A DNA stretch of 55,770 nucleotides from an uncultured virus (IMG/VR IMGVR_UViG_3300006990_000013) (IMGVR_UViG_3300006990_000013:62001-117770), one strand, 5' to 3'. Counted from the first letter of the stretch, positions 38,047 through 48,233 are shown. The notes: generated by a model not told the origin, from the letters alone. Numbers and translations: made by a program.

Positions 38047-38057
38047 TCGTTAAATGA

Positions 38058-38549
38058 ATGTTTGCCTCAATTAAAATTGCTGCAGTAATTGTAGTCCTCG
38101 CTACCGGCGGGGTGGGTTACCTATACGTAACCAAACTTCAATCAGACTTAGAAACTGCACGTGCAAACGTGGCTAAGATGGAAGTTGCAGTTCAGACTGC
38201 AGAGGCAAGCATCAAAACTCTCCAAGAAGATACACAAAGACTTAATGAGTTAAATCAGGGTCTACAGAATAATCTTCAGAGAGCGGAAGAGTACGGAGAC
38301 GATCTCCGCCTAAAACTCCAGAGACATAATTTAACTGCAAGGGCTTTGAAAGACCCTGCTGATCTTGAAGGATCTATGAATGGTGCGACAGCAAAATTAT
38401 GGCGTGAGTTGGAACAAGACACTGGTGGTAGTGGGAACGCTCCTCTGCCTAACTGGTTGCAGTCTGGTGACTCCAGAACCGAAAGTAGTGACGGTGACGG
38501 AGATACAGAAGACGACAATTCCGACAGTAGCACGTCCAAAACCGATTAA
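38058..38549 (+). CDS. Inner-membrane spanin (Rz-like)
   Basis: N-terminal TM segment plus coiled coil; overlaps a lipoprotein gene in another frame. Confidence 0.7.
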   Translation: MFASIKIAAVIVVLATGGVGYLYVTKLQSDLETARANVAKMEVAVQTAEASIKTLQEDTQRLNELNQGLQNNLQRAEEYGDDLRLKLQRHNLTARALKDPADLEGSMNGATAKLWRELEQDTGGSGNAPLPNWLQSGDSRTESSDGDGDTEDDNSDSSTSKTD

Positions 38550-38763
38550 CTTATCTGACACACGACTATATGTCGTTAATGAGGGTAACATTGACGAATT
38601 CTTAGAGGAGTTCGAAAGTGTTAATGGTAATCGTGCGTTTGTTGCATTCTCAGTTAAAGATTATGAGAACCTTGCCCTTAATATTTCTGAACTGCGACGA
38701 TATATAAAGCAACAAGGTGAAATTATTTTGTATTATGAGGACGCTGTGAAACCTTCCCCTTGA
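38380..38763 (+). CDS. Outer-membrane spanin lipoprotein (Rz1-like)
   Basis: Lipobox LTGC after a hydrophobic stretch, Pro-rich segment, YENLALNISELRRYIKQQ..I..YYE; true start may be GTG at 38404. Confidence 0.75.
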   Translation: MVRQQNYGVSWNKTLVVVGTLLCLTGCSLVTPEPKVVTVTEIQKTTIPTVARPKPINLSDTRLYVVNEGNIDEFLEEFESVNGNRAFVAFSVKDYENLALNISELRRYIKQQGEIILYYEDAVKPSP

Positions 38764-38809
38764 TAAATATCCTTAGTAATTAGGTATACTATTATTTGCG
38801 TAACAAATG

Positions 38810-38829
38810 AAACCCCGATTAGGGGTTTT
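38810..38829 (+). terminator. GC hairpin with a T tail, candidate intrinsic terminator
   Basis: AAACCCC-GATTA-GGGGTTTT downstream of the spanins. Confidence 0.45.
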
Positions 38830-38848
38830 ATCAATTCCATCAAGGGGA

Positions 38849-39310
38849 ATGAACTTGTCAGAAGAATTAAACCAATTAAAAATAGACATTGCTTTAATTA
38901 AAAAAGACATCCGTCAAATCGAGCGTTTCTTCAACAAGGTTGATGAGACTGTCGACGCTATGGCTGGGATTGCAAAAGATCTGGCAGTTCAAGAACAGAA
39001 GAATGTTAACGCTAATCAAAAAATAAAGTTTCTTGATGCCAAGATTGATGAGAACACCAAGTCTCAGCTTGAAGCACGTCTTGTATTGGCAGACCAATTG
39101 GATGATACACGTATAGAATTTCGTGATGCACTCGCCAAGGTCTCCTCTGTGGACGAGGACGGTATCAATGAGGTATTCGAAAAGATCCAGTCGTTAGAAG
39201 ACCGTGTAGTCGATCTAGAACGTGCCAGATGGTACGGTATGGGAGTCGCAGGCACAATTATCTTTATCCTAGGCATAATTTCTTTGGACTTTCTGCCTTT
39301 TAATGGTTGA
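38849..39310 (+). CDS. Coiled-coil protein with a C-terminal TM segment (XhlA/holin-like)
   Basis: Heptad pattern ending RVVDLERARWYGMGVAGTIIFILG; follows the spanins; start at 38849 or TTG 38855. Confidence 0.55.
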   Translation: MNLSEELNQLKIDIALIKKDIRQIERFFNKVDETVDAMAGIAKDLAVQEQKNVNANQKIKFLDAKIDENTKSQLEARLVLADQLDDTRIEFRDALAKVSSVDEDGINEVFEKIQSLEDRVVDLERARWYGMGVAGTIIFILGIISLDFLPFNG

Positions 39311-39335
39311 CAAAGCTTTAATCTAGTGTTATAAT
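39307..39335 (+). promoter_or_regulatory. Consensus sigma70 promoter for the primase-thyX-nrdAB operon
   Basis: TTGACA-17 nt-TATAAT, exact. Confidence 0.8.
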
Positions 39336-39374
39336 CTCTCTAACAGTTAAACACACTTGGATACTTTTTATATT

Positions 39375-40388
39375 ATGGTTGACTTTACAGATCTTCAGTA
39401 CGCCCAGATGTTGTCTGGGCGCTTACAGAACTTTCGCATACGCAACACAAATCCCTACAAGATAAACTTTAGATGTCCTATCTGCGGTGACTCTCAGAAG
39501 TCACGCAGTAAGTCACGTGGTTGGTTGTTAGAGAAGGAGAACAAGTTCTTCTACTATTGTCACAACTGTGGCGCCAGTCACAACTTCTCCAACTTCCTCA
39601 AGACTGTAGACCACCTCATGTACAATGATTGGGTGGCTGAGAAGTTTATCAAAAAGGATAAAAAAGAACCTTTTTCTTTCAAAGATACTACCGAAAAGAA
39701 ACTGACTGTTCTAAAGAAAAATCCCCTACGTTCTATAAAAAAAGTCTCTCAGTTGCATCACAATCACGCAATCAAAAGATATATAAGTAAGAGACACATT
39801 CCGGCACGTCACCATTATCGTCTGTATTATACCAAGACGTTCAAGAAATGGATTAACGGAATTATACCTAATAAATTCGACAACGTAGAGAAGGACGATC
39901 CTCGCCTAATTATCCCATTCATTGATCAAAACGGTAAAGTATTTGGGGTATCGGCACGTGGATTTGATCCTAATGGTCTTCGTTATTTGACTATAATGTT
40001 CGAAGATCGTCCAAAGGTTTTCGGTCTCGATACTGTTGACTTTAGTAAAGAGTATCATGTTGTTGAAGGAGCTATTGACAGTTTATTCCTCTCGAATGCG
40101 GTTGCGATGGCAGGCGCTGAAGGAAACGTCGACGGTTTCGATAATATTGAGAATGCTGTATTTGTCTTTGACGCAGAACCACGCAACAAAGAGATACACA
40201 AACGAATGGAGAAGGTGATCAACAAAGGATACAGAATTTGTATCTGGCCTGAACAGACTTCGACAGTCGGTAAAGACATAAATGAGATGTATCTAAATGG
40301 CATGTCAAATGTCGAAGATATAATACGTGACAATACGTTCAAAGGTTTAGAAGCAACCTTTAGATTACAAAAGTGGAGAAGAACATGA
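39375..40388 (+). CDS. gp61: DNA primase gp61
   Basis: NFRCPICGDSQ...YCHNCG Zn finger, RLIIPF, VEGAIDSLF, FDAEPRN, KDINEM. Confidence 0.96.
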   Translation: MVDFTDLQYAQMLSGRLQNFRIRNTNPYKINFRCPICGDSQKSRSKSRGWLLEKENKFFYYCHNCGASHNFSNFLKTVDHLMYNDWVAEKFIKKDKKEPFSFKDTTEKKLTVLKKNPLRSIKKVSQLHHNHAIKRYISKRHIPARHHYRLYYTKTFKKWINGIIPNKFDNVEKDDPRLIIPFIDQNGKVFGVSARGFDPNGLRYLTIMFEDRPKVFGLDTVDFSKEYHVVEGAIDSLFLSNAVAMAGAEGNVDGFDNIENAVFVFDAEPRNKEIHKRMEKVINKGYRICIWPEQTSTVGKDINEMYLNGMSNVEDIIRDNTFKGLEATFRLQKWRRT

Positions 40389-41080
40389 AAGTTAGATTAA
40401 TATCTTGCAGTCAACCTATCAAGGACAGCATCATTGGATTAGACGATGTACAGGACTTGATTGCATACTGTGCCAGAGTATCTAACCCCGATAACCAACT
40501 GAACTCTAAGACTTCAGACAAATTACTCAACTACCTTGCAAAACATAAACATTGGTCACCGTTTGAAATGGTGAACGCATGTATCGAAATTGAAACAACT
40601 CGTGATATTGCAAGACAACTACTACGACATCGTTCTATGTGTTTTCAAGAATTTTCTCAGAGATATGCTGATCCTGTAAAAGAACTGGAATTCGTAAAAC
40701 GTGAATGTCGTTTACAAGATCCAAAGAACCGCCAGAACTCTATCGAAATAGAAGGTGACCCCTCCTTGATTGACAATCAGCAGAACCAAGACTTGATTGC
40801 TGAGTGGAATCGTAAACAGACTGGTGTAATTGAATTGGTGAAGAAGAACTACCAATGGGCAGTTGAACAGGGTATTGCAAAAGAACAAGCACGTGCTCTA
40901 CTGCCAGAAGGTTTGACTGTATCAAGACTATATGCAAACGCAACAATCCGTTCGTGGATTCATTACGTTGACTTGCGTTCTGCCAATGGTACACAAAAAG
41001 AACATATGGAACTTGCGAAGGCAGTAGGTAAGGCAATTACTGAAATATTCCCTCTCGCAGACAATTACATTAACAACTAG
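40385..41080 (+). CDS. thyX: Flavin-dependent thymidylate synthase
   Basis: HWSPFE, RHRSMCFQEFSQRY, EQARALLP, TQKEH. Confidence 0.96.
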   Translation: MKVRLISCSQPIKDSIIGLDDVQDLIAYCARVSNPDNQLNSKTSDKLLNYLAKHKHWSPFEMVNACIEIETTRDIARQLLRHRSMCFQEFSQRYADPVKELEFVKRECRLQDPKNRQNSIEIEGDPSLIDNQQNQDLIAEWNRKQTGVIELVKKNYQWAVEQGIAKEQARALLPEGLTVSRLYANATIRSWIHYVDLRSANGTQKEHMELAKAVGKAITEIFPLADNYINN

Positions 41081-41096
41081 AACATTAGGATCAACT

Positions 41097-43415
41097 ATGA
41101 CGCAAGTAACCAAGAGAGACGGCTCTAAAGAACTCCTCGACATCGAAAAACTTCACAAGGTAGTTTTTCACGCATGTGATGACATCACTGGTGTAAGTCC
41201 AAGTGAAGTAGAAATTAAAAGTCAAATTCAATTTTATGATGGTATAACGACGAAGGAAATCCAAGAGACGTTAATCAAGGCTGCGGCTGATCTGATTGAT
41301 GAGGACACACCGAACTACCAATACGTTGGTGGACGTTTGATTAACTATGCACTTCGTAAAGAAGTATATGGCCAGTACGAACCATGCACTGTAAAGGAAT
41401 TGGTTGTCAGGAACATCGAAAGTGGTTTCTATGATGAAGAACTTATAGATAAGTATAATGACGAAGAGTGGGCAAAGATTGACTCATTCATCAAACATGG
41501 TCGTGATGAGAACCTAACATATGTTGCCATGGAACAACTACGTGGTAAATACCTATGTCAGAACCGTGTCACAGGAGAGATCTTTGAGACTCCACAGATG
41601 TGTTATGCATTAATTGCAGCCACGTTGTTCGCAGACTATCCTAAAGAAGAAAGATTAAAATGGGCGAAAGATTATTATGACGCTATTAGTTTACACGATA
41701 TTAGCCTTCCTACGCCCGTCATGGCCGGTGTCCGTACGCCTATGCGTCAGTTTTCCTCTTGCGTTCTTATTGAGTCTGGGGATAGCCTTGATAGTATCAA
41801 CGCAACTAGTTCTTCTATTGTCAAATATGTAAGTCAGAAAGCAGGTATTGGTATCGGTGGTGGTCAGATCCGAGCGATTGGATCTCCCATTCGTAAAGGT
41901 GACGCATACCATACAGGCATCATTCCTTTCTACAAACACTTCCAGTCTGCAACTAAGTCCTGTTCACAGGGCGGTGTTCGTGGTGGTGCGGCGACTATCT
42001 ACTATCCTATCTGGCACTATGAAGTCGAAGATATGTTGGTATTGAAGAACAACAAGGGTACAGAAGAGAACCGTGTGCGTCATATGGATTATGGTGTGCA
42101 GTTCAACAAACTCATGTACGAACGTCTCATCTCTGGTGGTGACATTACTTTGTTCTCTCCTAGTGACGTGCCTGGCTTGTATGATGCATTCTTTGCAGAT
42201 CAAGATGCCTTCAAAGAAATCTATGAACGTGCAGAACGTAATACACGACTTCGTAAGAAAACTATCAAGGCAATTGATTTGTTCAGTTCCTTTATGGAAG
42301 AGCGTAAGAACACAGGACGTATCTATCTACAGAACGTAGACAATGCAAATGATCATGGTTCATTCCTACCAGAGGTTGCACCAATCAGACAATCGAATCT
42401 TTGTGCCGAAATAGACTTGCCAACCAAACCATTACATGATATAAATGACCCTGATGGTGAGATTAGTCTCTGTACACTGTCTGCAATCAACTGGGGTAAT
42501 GTTCGTTCACCAAGAGACTTTGAACGTGCCTGTACTCTCGCTGTTCGTGGACTGGATGCGTTGTTGTCTTATCAGAACTATCCTATCCTTGCGGCACAAC
42601 TCTCTACGGAGAAACGTAGACCTCTTGGAGTGGGCATTATTAACTTCGCATACTTCATGGCGAAAAACGATTTGACTTATCAGGACATCACCCCACAAGG
42701 TTTGTCACTGATTGATGAGTACGCTGAAGCATGGTCATACTATCTGATCAAAGCATCTGCAGATCTCGCAGCTGAGAAGGGCGCACCAAGTGGTGTTATG
42801 GAAACAAAATATGGACATGGTATCACACCAAACATGACATACAAAACTGATCTTGATGAGTTGGTTAAACATAAAGAACGTATGCCATGGAAGAGTCTGC
42901 GTAATCAGTTGAAGAAGACTGGTATCAGAAACTCTACTCTGATGGCGTTGATGCCTAGTGAAACAAGTGCGCAGGTTGCAAATGCGACGAATGGTATCGA
43001 ACCACCTCGTTCATTGATTTCAGTAAAACAGTCAAAACATGGCGTTTTGAAACAAGTTGTGCCTGAGTACAAAAGATTAAAGAATAAATATGATCTCCTA
43101 TGGGATCAAAAGTCTCCTGTAGGTTACCTTAAAATTATGGCTGTACTACAGAAATATATTGACCAAGGTATTAGTATCAACACCAGTTATAACCCTATCT
43201 TCTCAGAGAATGAAAAAATTTCTATGAGTGAGATGTTGCAACACGTATTAATGTTTTACAAGTACGGTGGAAAACAACTGTACTACTTCAATACGTATGA
43301 CGGTCAGGGCGAAGTTGATGTCGACAAGATGATGCAAGAGACACCGATAGAACGATCTGAGTTCGAAGGTTCGGACGAAGAATATGACGATTATTGCGAA
43401 AGCTGCACGATATAG
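41097..43415 (+). CDS. nrdA: Ribonucleotide reductase class Ia, alpha subunit
   Basis: ATP cone VTKRDG, QFSSCVL, SNLCAEI, PSETSAQ, C-terminal CESC. Confidence 0.98.
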   Translation: MTQVTKRDGSKELLDIEKLHKVVFHACDDITGVSPSEVEIKSQIQFYDGITTKEIQETLIKAAADLIDEDTPNYQYVGGRLINYALRKEVYGQYEPCTVKELVVRNIESGFYDEELIDKYNDEEWAKIDSFIKHGRDENLTYVAMEQLRGKYLCQNRVTGEIFETPQMCYALIAATLFADYPKEERLKWAKDYYDAISLHDISLPTPVMAGVRTPMRQFSSCVLIESGDSLDSINATSSSIVKYVSQKAGIGIGGGQIRAIGSPIRKGDAYHTGIIPFYKHFQSATKSCSQGGVRGGAATIYYPIWHYEVEDMLVLKNNKGTEENRVRHMDYGVQFNKLMYERLISGGDITLFSPSDVPGLYDAFFADQDAFKEIYERAERNTRLRKKTIKAIDLFSSFMEERKNTGRIYLQNVDNANDHGSFLPEVAPIRQSNLCAEIDLPTKPLHDINDPDGEISLCTLSAINWGNVRSPRDFERACTLAVRGLDALLSYQNYPILAAQLSTEKRRPLGVGIINFAYFMAKNDLTYQDITPQGLSLIDEYAEAWSYYLIKASADLAAEKGAPSGVMETKYGHGITPNMTYKTDLDELVKHKERMPWKSLRNQLKKTGIRNSTLMALMPSETSAQVANATNGIEPPRSLISVKQSKHGVLKQVVPEYKRLKNKYDLLWDQKSPVGYLKIMAVLQKYIDQGISINTSYNPIFSENEKISMSEMLQHVLMFYKYGGKQLYYFNTYDGQGEVDVDKMMQETPIERSEFEGSDEEYDDYCESCTI

Positions 43416-43425
43416 GGAAAAAGAA

Positions 43426-44559
43426 ATGGGCGTTTTTGACACACAAAACAAAGCAGATCACACAAAAGTAAAAATGTTTTTGGATCCCACAGGGGGCCCA
43501 ACCATTCAACGTTATGATCAGTTGAAATACAAATCCTTTGATAAACTGACTGATAGTCAACTTGGTTTCTTCTGGCGTCCAGAGGAAGTTGATATCTATA
43601 AGGATGCAAAGGACTTCAAAAGTCTTACTGAACATGAACAACATATTTTTACAAGTAACCTAAAGAGACAGATCCTATTGGACTCTGTACAAGGTCGTGC
43701 GCCCGTAGAGGCGTTCGCACCTATTGTAAGTTTACCAGAGATTGAGAACTGGATACAGACATGGACATTCTCTGAGACAATCCACAGTCGTTCGTACACA
43801 CACATCATTCGTAACGTGTACAGCAACCCAAGTAAAGTCTTTGATGAACTTATGGACATCCAAGAGATTGTTGAATGTGCAGATGATATCTCTTACTATT
43901 ACGACAAATTAATTGAAATGAGTATGTGGTACAACTTGTTAGGTGAAGGTACACATCAGATTAATGGCACACGTAATGTGAAAGTAGATCTCTACGAACT
44001 GAAAAAACTTCTTTGGTTGACATTGATGAGTGTGAACATTCTTGAAGGCGTACGTTTTTACGTATCTTTTGCATGTTCATGGGCATTCGCAGAACTCAAG
44101 AAGATGGAAGGTAATGCGAAGATCATTAAATTGATTGCACGTGATGAGAACCTTCACTTGGGTTCTACTCAGTTGATGTTACGTACACTCAAGAATAAAG
44201 ACGATCCAGACTTTGCAAAGATCGCAGAAGAAACAAAAGACGAATGTATTAAAATGTTCGTCGACGCAGTAGACCAAGAGAAAGCATGGGCTAACTATTT
44301 GTTTAAAGATGGTTCCATGATTGGTCTTAACGCAGCCTTACTAAGTGATTATATTGAGTATATCTGCACTCGACGTATGAAACACGTTGATCTTGAATCT
44401 CCTTACAATGTTAAAAACAATCCTCTTCCTTGGACACAGAAGTGGATCTCAGGTGCAGAAGTCCAAGTCGCACCACAAGAGACAGAGATTACATCTTATG
44501 TTTCTGGTGGAACTAAACAAGACGTATCAGACGAAACATTCAAGGGGTTCAGCTTATGA
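43426..44559 (+). CDS. nrdB: Ribonucleotide reductase class Ia, beta subunit
   Basis: FFWRPEE, ETIHSRSY, LEGVRFYVSF, RDENLH, APQETEITSY. Confidence 0.98.
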   Translation: MGVFDTQNKADHTKVKMFLDPTGGPTIQRYDQLKYKSFDKLTDSQLGFFWRPEEVDIYKDAKDFKSLTEHEQHIFTSNLKRQILLDSVQGRAPVEAFAPIVSLPEIENWIQTWTFSETIHSRSYTHIIRNVYSNPSKVFDELMDIQEIVECADDISYYYDKLIEMSMWYNLLGEGTHQINGTRNVKVDLYELKKLLWLTLMSVNILEGVRFYVSFACSWAFAELKKMEGNAKIIKLIARDENLHLGSTQLMLRTLKNKDDPDFAKIAEETKDECIKMFVDAVDQEKAWANYLFKDGSMIGLNAALLSDYIEYICTRRMKHVDLESPYNVKNNPLPWTQKWISGAEVQVAPQETEITSYVSGGTKQDVSDETFKGFSL

Positions 44560-44786
44560 CAGTAGAAATATACGGTAAAGACAATTGTGCATATTGCACG
44601 AAGGCAATTAATCTTGCGGAAATTCAACATATGAATTTTACCTATAAGAAACTTGGTGTGGACTTTAATCGTGACGAAATGTTATCCATGTTCCCATCTG
44701 CAAGAACTTTCCCTCAAATTAAAGTTGATGGACATTCGATTGGTGGGTATGAACAGTTCATGGAGTATGTCAAGAAGGCAGCCTAA
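44556..44786 (+). CDS. nrdC: Glutaredoxin
   Basis: CAYC, TFPQI, IGGY; follows nrdB. Confidence 0.9.
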   Translation: MTVEIYGKDNCAYCTKAINLAEIQHMNFTYKKLGVDFNRDEMLSMFPSARTFPQIKVDGHSIGGYEQFMEYVKKAA

Positions 44787-44789
44787 ATA
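44782..44789 (+). promoter_or_regulatory. Probable late promoter (CCTAAATA) upstream of hemA
   Basis: CTAAATA variant 37 nt before the ATG. Confidence 0.45.
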
Positions 44790-44825
44790 CTTCTAGATAT
44801 TCTAGAGTAATGGTAAAGCGAAAAA

Positions 44826-46019
44826 ATGATATCAAAAGATTATTTTGAAGACGTAATTCATCAATTTAAAACCGAAGGCAAATATAGAGTCTTCAACGAT
44901 ATACTCAGAGAGCGGGGGAAGTTTCCCCGCTCAATCTGGTATGGAAAATATGCACCAAAAAACATTGTTAACTGGTGTTCTAATGACTATCTCGGCATGG
45001 GACAAAATCAATATGTTATTGATGCCATGCATACCGCACTAGATCAGACTGGTGCAGGTTCTGGTGGAACCAGAAATATCGGTGGTACATCACATTATCA
45101 TGTGACACTTGAAGCAGTTCTTGCACAACACCACCAAAAAGAAAGTGCACTATTATTCTCCAGTGCATATGTTGCAAATGAGTGGTCACTCATTGCACTC
45201 AGTCGTATTATCCCCAACATAAGATTTATTTCAGATGACAAGAATCATGCCTCATTGATTATGGGTATGAAACATAGTCGTGCGAGTAAGATGATCTTCA
45301 AACACAATAACATGGAAGATCTAGAACACTGTCTCAAACTGGCACAAATGGAAAACAAAACTCCATGTGTCGTGTTTGAATCTGTGTATTCTATGGATGG
45401 TGACGTAGGGAAAATTGAAGAAATATGTGATCTTGCAGATAAATATGGTGCAATCACTTATATCGATGAAGTACATGCAGTGGGTCTATATGGAGACACT
45501 GGTGGTGGTTATTGTGAAAAGTTAGGTTTAGTAGAGAGGGTAGATATTATAAATGGAACACTGGGAAAAGCCTTTGGGGTTCAAGGTGGTTATATTGCTG
45601 GGGATAGTATTGTCGTTGACGCTATTAGGGCCTTGGCTTCTGGGTTCATCTTTACAACAAGTATCTCGCCCGTCATCTGCGCTGGAGCAATCGCCTCAAT
45701 CAAATATCTCAGTGACCACACTACCATCCGTCAAGTCCATCAAGAAAGAGCAAGCACCCTAAAAGAAATGTTGAAGTACGCAGGCATTCCAGTACATGAG
45801 AGTGCCTGTACTCATATCGTTCCTGTGATGGTAAACAATGCATTCAAGTGTAAAGAAGCATCTGACGATCTTCTAAATAATCATGGGATTTATATCCAAC
45901 CTATTAATTATCCCACTGTCGAAGAAGGAACCGAAAGATTGCGAATTGCACCAACCCCATTCCATGATGATGTGATGATGGTGGAACTCGTTCAAGCCTT
46001 GAAGAAAGTTTTGTTATGA
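44826..46019 (+). CDS. hemA: 5-aminolevulinate synthase (Shemin/C4 pathway)
   Basis: [65 protein letters not shown]. Confidence 0.95.
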   Translation: MISKDYFEDVIHQFKTEGKYRVFNDILRERGKFPRSIWYGKYAPKNIVNWCSNDYLGMGQNQYVIDAMHTALDQTGAGSGGTRNIGGTSHYHVTLEAVLAQHHQKESALLFSSAYVANEWSLIALSRIIPNIRFISDDKNHASLIMGMKHSRASKMIFKHNNMEDLEHCLKLAQMENKTPCVVFESVYSMDGDVGKIEEICDLADKYGAITYIDEVHAVGLYGDTGGGYCEKLGLVERVDIINGTLGKAFGVQGGYIAGDSIVVDAIRALASGFIFTTSISPVICAGAIASIKYLSDHTTIRQVHQERASTLKEMLKYAGIPVHESACTHIVPVMVNNAFKCKEASDDLLNNHGIYIQPINYPTVEEGTERLRIAPTPFHDDVMMVELVQALKKVLL

Positions 46020-46702
46020 TTTATGAAAACAAATTTGGTAAGGTAGATATTCTACCAGATCCAGATTTTTGGGATGGACATATTATTGGTATTGCCATGT
46101 CAGGCGGTGCAGATAGTCTTATGTTATGTTACCTTGTTGCAAACACAATCAAGAAACTAAAACTAAATTCTTCTATACAACCTTACAATGGGTATGACAT
46201 TCATGTACCACATGATTCTAATGCCGCCGTAAAAACTCTCCCTACTCTTATCAGAAAATTTCCTACTGTAGATATCAAGTGGCCTATCTCTACAGTGTTT
46301 AATTCTAATGGTGAGGATAACAAAATGGATTATATCACAAAACTCAGGAAGGCGCTTGCAGGTGCAACATTCACGAGACACATTACTGGGATAACTCTTG
46401 GGCCACCATACAAGGTGCAGAACAGTTGGCCAAAAACGGTGAGTAACCAGAGGATTCGTAGAATACCAAATTACATGAGTGAGTCAGAAAGTGCATGGGA
46501 TGACTGGCCTTTAGAGACTACTCCATTCAAGAATATAGATAAAAGATTTGTAATACAATGTTACAAAGACTTTAAACAAATGAAATTGTTTCATCAAACA
46601 GTTTCGTGCACCACACCAACCAATGGAAATAAACCATGTGGTAAGTGTTGGTGGGATTACGAGAGGGAATGGGCCCTCAACGAAGTACAGAAAAGATTAT
46701 AA
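46016..46702 (+). CDS. Second QueC-like PP-loop ATPase
   Basis: MSGGADS; TVSC...PCGKCWWD. Confidence 0.65.
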   Translation: MIYENKFGKVDILPDPDFWDGHIIGIAMSGGADSLMLCYLVANTIKKLKLNSSIQPYNGYDIHVPHDSNAAVKTLPTLIRKFPTVDIKWPISTVFNSNGEDNKMDYITKLRKALAGATFTRHITGITLGPPYKVQNSWPKTVSNQRIRRIPNYMSESESAWDDWPLETTPFKNIDKRFVIQCYKDFKQMKLFHQTVSCTTPTNGNKPCGKCWWDYEREWALNEVQKRL

Positions 46703-46760
46703 CATGAATCAATTAGAATCAGCATTCTTTGGAAAGAGGATCTGGGAAAAGGAAAGTAAA

Positions 46761-47180
46761 ATGAGTAAAATTAAAAAGGCGTTTTGGTTTGTCTGTGGTA
46801 TCCTGTGTTTAGGTATTGCTTATCTGGGAGTTATTCTGCCAGGCATTCCTTGGAGTACTCCTATTCTAGGTGCAGCGTTCTGTTTCGCAAAGTCTAGTGA
46901 GAAGTTCCACAACTGGATCATGAACCATAAGACCTTTGGCCCGTTTATCACAGAGTGGCAGACTTATAAAGTATATCCACAGAAGGCAAAGTATTTGATG
47001 ATGGCAGTAATGTCAACATCCTTGGCGGCAATGTATTTCGGTACAGGCAATCCAAAGGCAACCTTATACCTGTTCATCTTGTTCGCATTAATTGTGACAT
47101 GGGCATGGAGATTTCCTGGCTCAAAAGAAGAGTCGCAGAGACGAATTGATGCAGGTGAAAAACTGGGTTGGTTTAAATAA
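46761..47180 (+). CDS. YbaN/DUF454 inner membrane protein
   Basis: GVILPGIPWSTPILGAAFCFAKSSEKFHNW..HKTFGP. Confidence 0.85.
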   Translation: MSKIKKAFWFVCGILCLGIAYLGVILPGIPWSTPILGAAFCFAKSSEKFHNWIMNHKTFGPFITEWQTYKVYPQKAKYLMMAVMSTSLAAMYFGTGNPKATLYLFILFALIVTWAWRFPGSKEESQRRIDAGEKLGWFK

Positions 47181-47383
47181 TGGATGAGAGGGAGAAAACC
47201 ATCAGGGACTTGAAGGTTAGGATAGAGGAGTTGCGTGTTCGTACTGGATACTACAACAACCCACCATCCAAACCCAACACTGATGACATTCCCCCTCTAA
47301 CACCAAAGAGTCAGGCTCGTAAGAATGTTGCCACATCAGAGATGGATTCGTTAAAAGCAAAACTCATGGCAAAAAAGACTTGA
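47180..47383 (+). CDS. Hypothetical protein
   Basis: TAATG-coupled ORF. Confidence 0.55.
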   Translation: MDEREKTIRDLKVRIEELRVRTGYYNNPPSKPNTDDIPPLTPKSQARKNVATSEMDSLKAKLMAKKT

Positions 47384-47408
47384 CAAGACTTTTAATGTAG
47401 GATATAAT
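47380..47408 (+). promoter_or_regulatory. Consensus sigma70 promoter
   Basis: TTGACA-17 nt-TATAAT, exact. Confidence 0.75.
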
Positions 47409-47445
47409 TATGGATGATTTGAAATTTACAACGTGCGGAGATTTT

Positions 47446-47802
47446 ATGAAAGATCAAGAACAAGACAAATATGCTGTCGTGACAGTCATATCTCAATTCA
47501 GGCAACGGTATGTAATGCCTGTGAGTAAACTACAAGAAAAGAATACAACCATTAGTCTGAAGGATCATCCAGAACAGATCGTTCCTTGGGCAGAAGACGC
47601 AGTCACATGCGAAGAATCAAAAGAGTTCTCTCAAAAATGGTTGGGTGAACAGATTGTGGATACCTTTATTCTTGATGAAGAAAGAGCTCTTCAGTTGTTT
47701 GATCGTGATAATTCATACCTGTTGGAATGGACAACGGAAAAGAAATTAGAAAGTATTCAAGATTGTTGGGAGAAAAAGAAAGATGTCAACTCTAAGAAAT
47801 AA
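47446..47802 (+). CDS. Conserved hypothetical phage protein
   Basis: GGAG SD before ATG 47446; ISQFRQRY, KEFSQKWLGEQI, FDRDNSYL. Confidence 0.65.
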   Translation: MKDQEQDKYAVVTVISQFRQRYVMPVSKLQEKNTTISLKDHPEQIVPWAEDAVTCEESKEFSQKWLGEQIVDTFILDEERALQLFDRDNSYLLEWTTEKKLESIQDCWEKKKDVNSKK

Positions 47803-47980
47803 ATTTCATACGTATTTGGAAAAGTATAAAACGGCAATTCAGTCAGAAATTGAATTAGGGCCTGATCACGAAGATACTAAGAATTATTTTCTTATAGCTA
47901 ATCAGACAAAGAGATCGCTCCAAACTGATTTGCAGAAAGCAGAAGAATATCTAGAAAGTTTGGTAACAGATGATGGTTGA
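47783..47980 (+). CDS. Hypothetical protein
   Basis: Overlap-coupled ORF. Confidence 0.5.
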   Translation: MSTLRNKFHTYLEKYKTAIQSEIELGPDHEDTKNYFLIANQTKRSLQTDLQKAEEYLESLVTDDG

Positions 47981-48230
47981 AATTTTTGGAACTCCGAACT
48001 GCGTTAACTGTGAGAAGGCGATGCGGATTTCAAAGGAATATGGATATGACTACGAGTACAAGAACATCACGTATAAACAATATCGTGACGAACTTGAGTC
48101 GTATGTCGGTGTTGCAGAGTATTACAATTTACCACTAGTCTTTGTTAATAAAAAGTACGTTGGACATTACTCTGAATGGGCGCAATATATTGAAGATCAT
48201 ATGGGGGGATTCGGGGATCAACCGATTTAA
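47970..48230 (+). CDS. Second glutaredoxin
   Basis: VEIFGTPNCVNC, LPLVFV. Confidence 0.75.
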   Translation: MMVEIFGTPNCVNCEKAMRISKEYGYDYEYKNITYKQYRDELESYVGVAEYYNLPLVFVNKKYVGHYSEWAQYIEDHMGGFGDQPI

Positions 48231-48233
48231 GTT

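Noticed and set aside
41097..44559. Introns, inteins or homing endonucleases in nrdA/nrdB (also checked gp41, uvsX, thyX)
   Set aside because: The ORFs are continuous, of normal length, and lack splice motifs
47410..47445. ORF-track start at 47410 (and similar extended starts at 945, 17944, 22371, 43384, 46623)
   Set aside because: 47410 lies 1 nt after the -10 box; downstream ATGs with an SD or motif-consistent N-termini fit better
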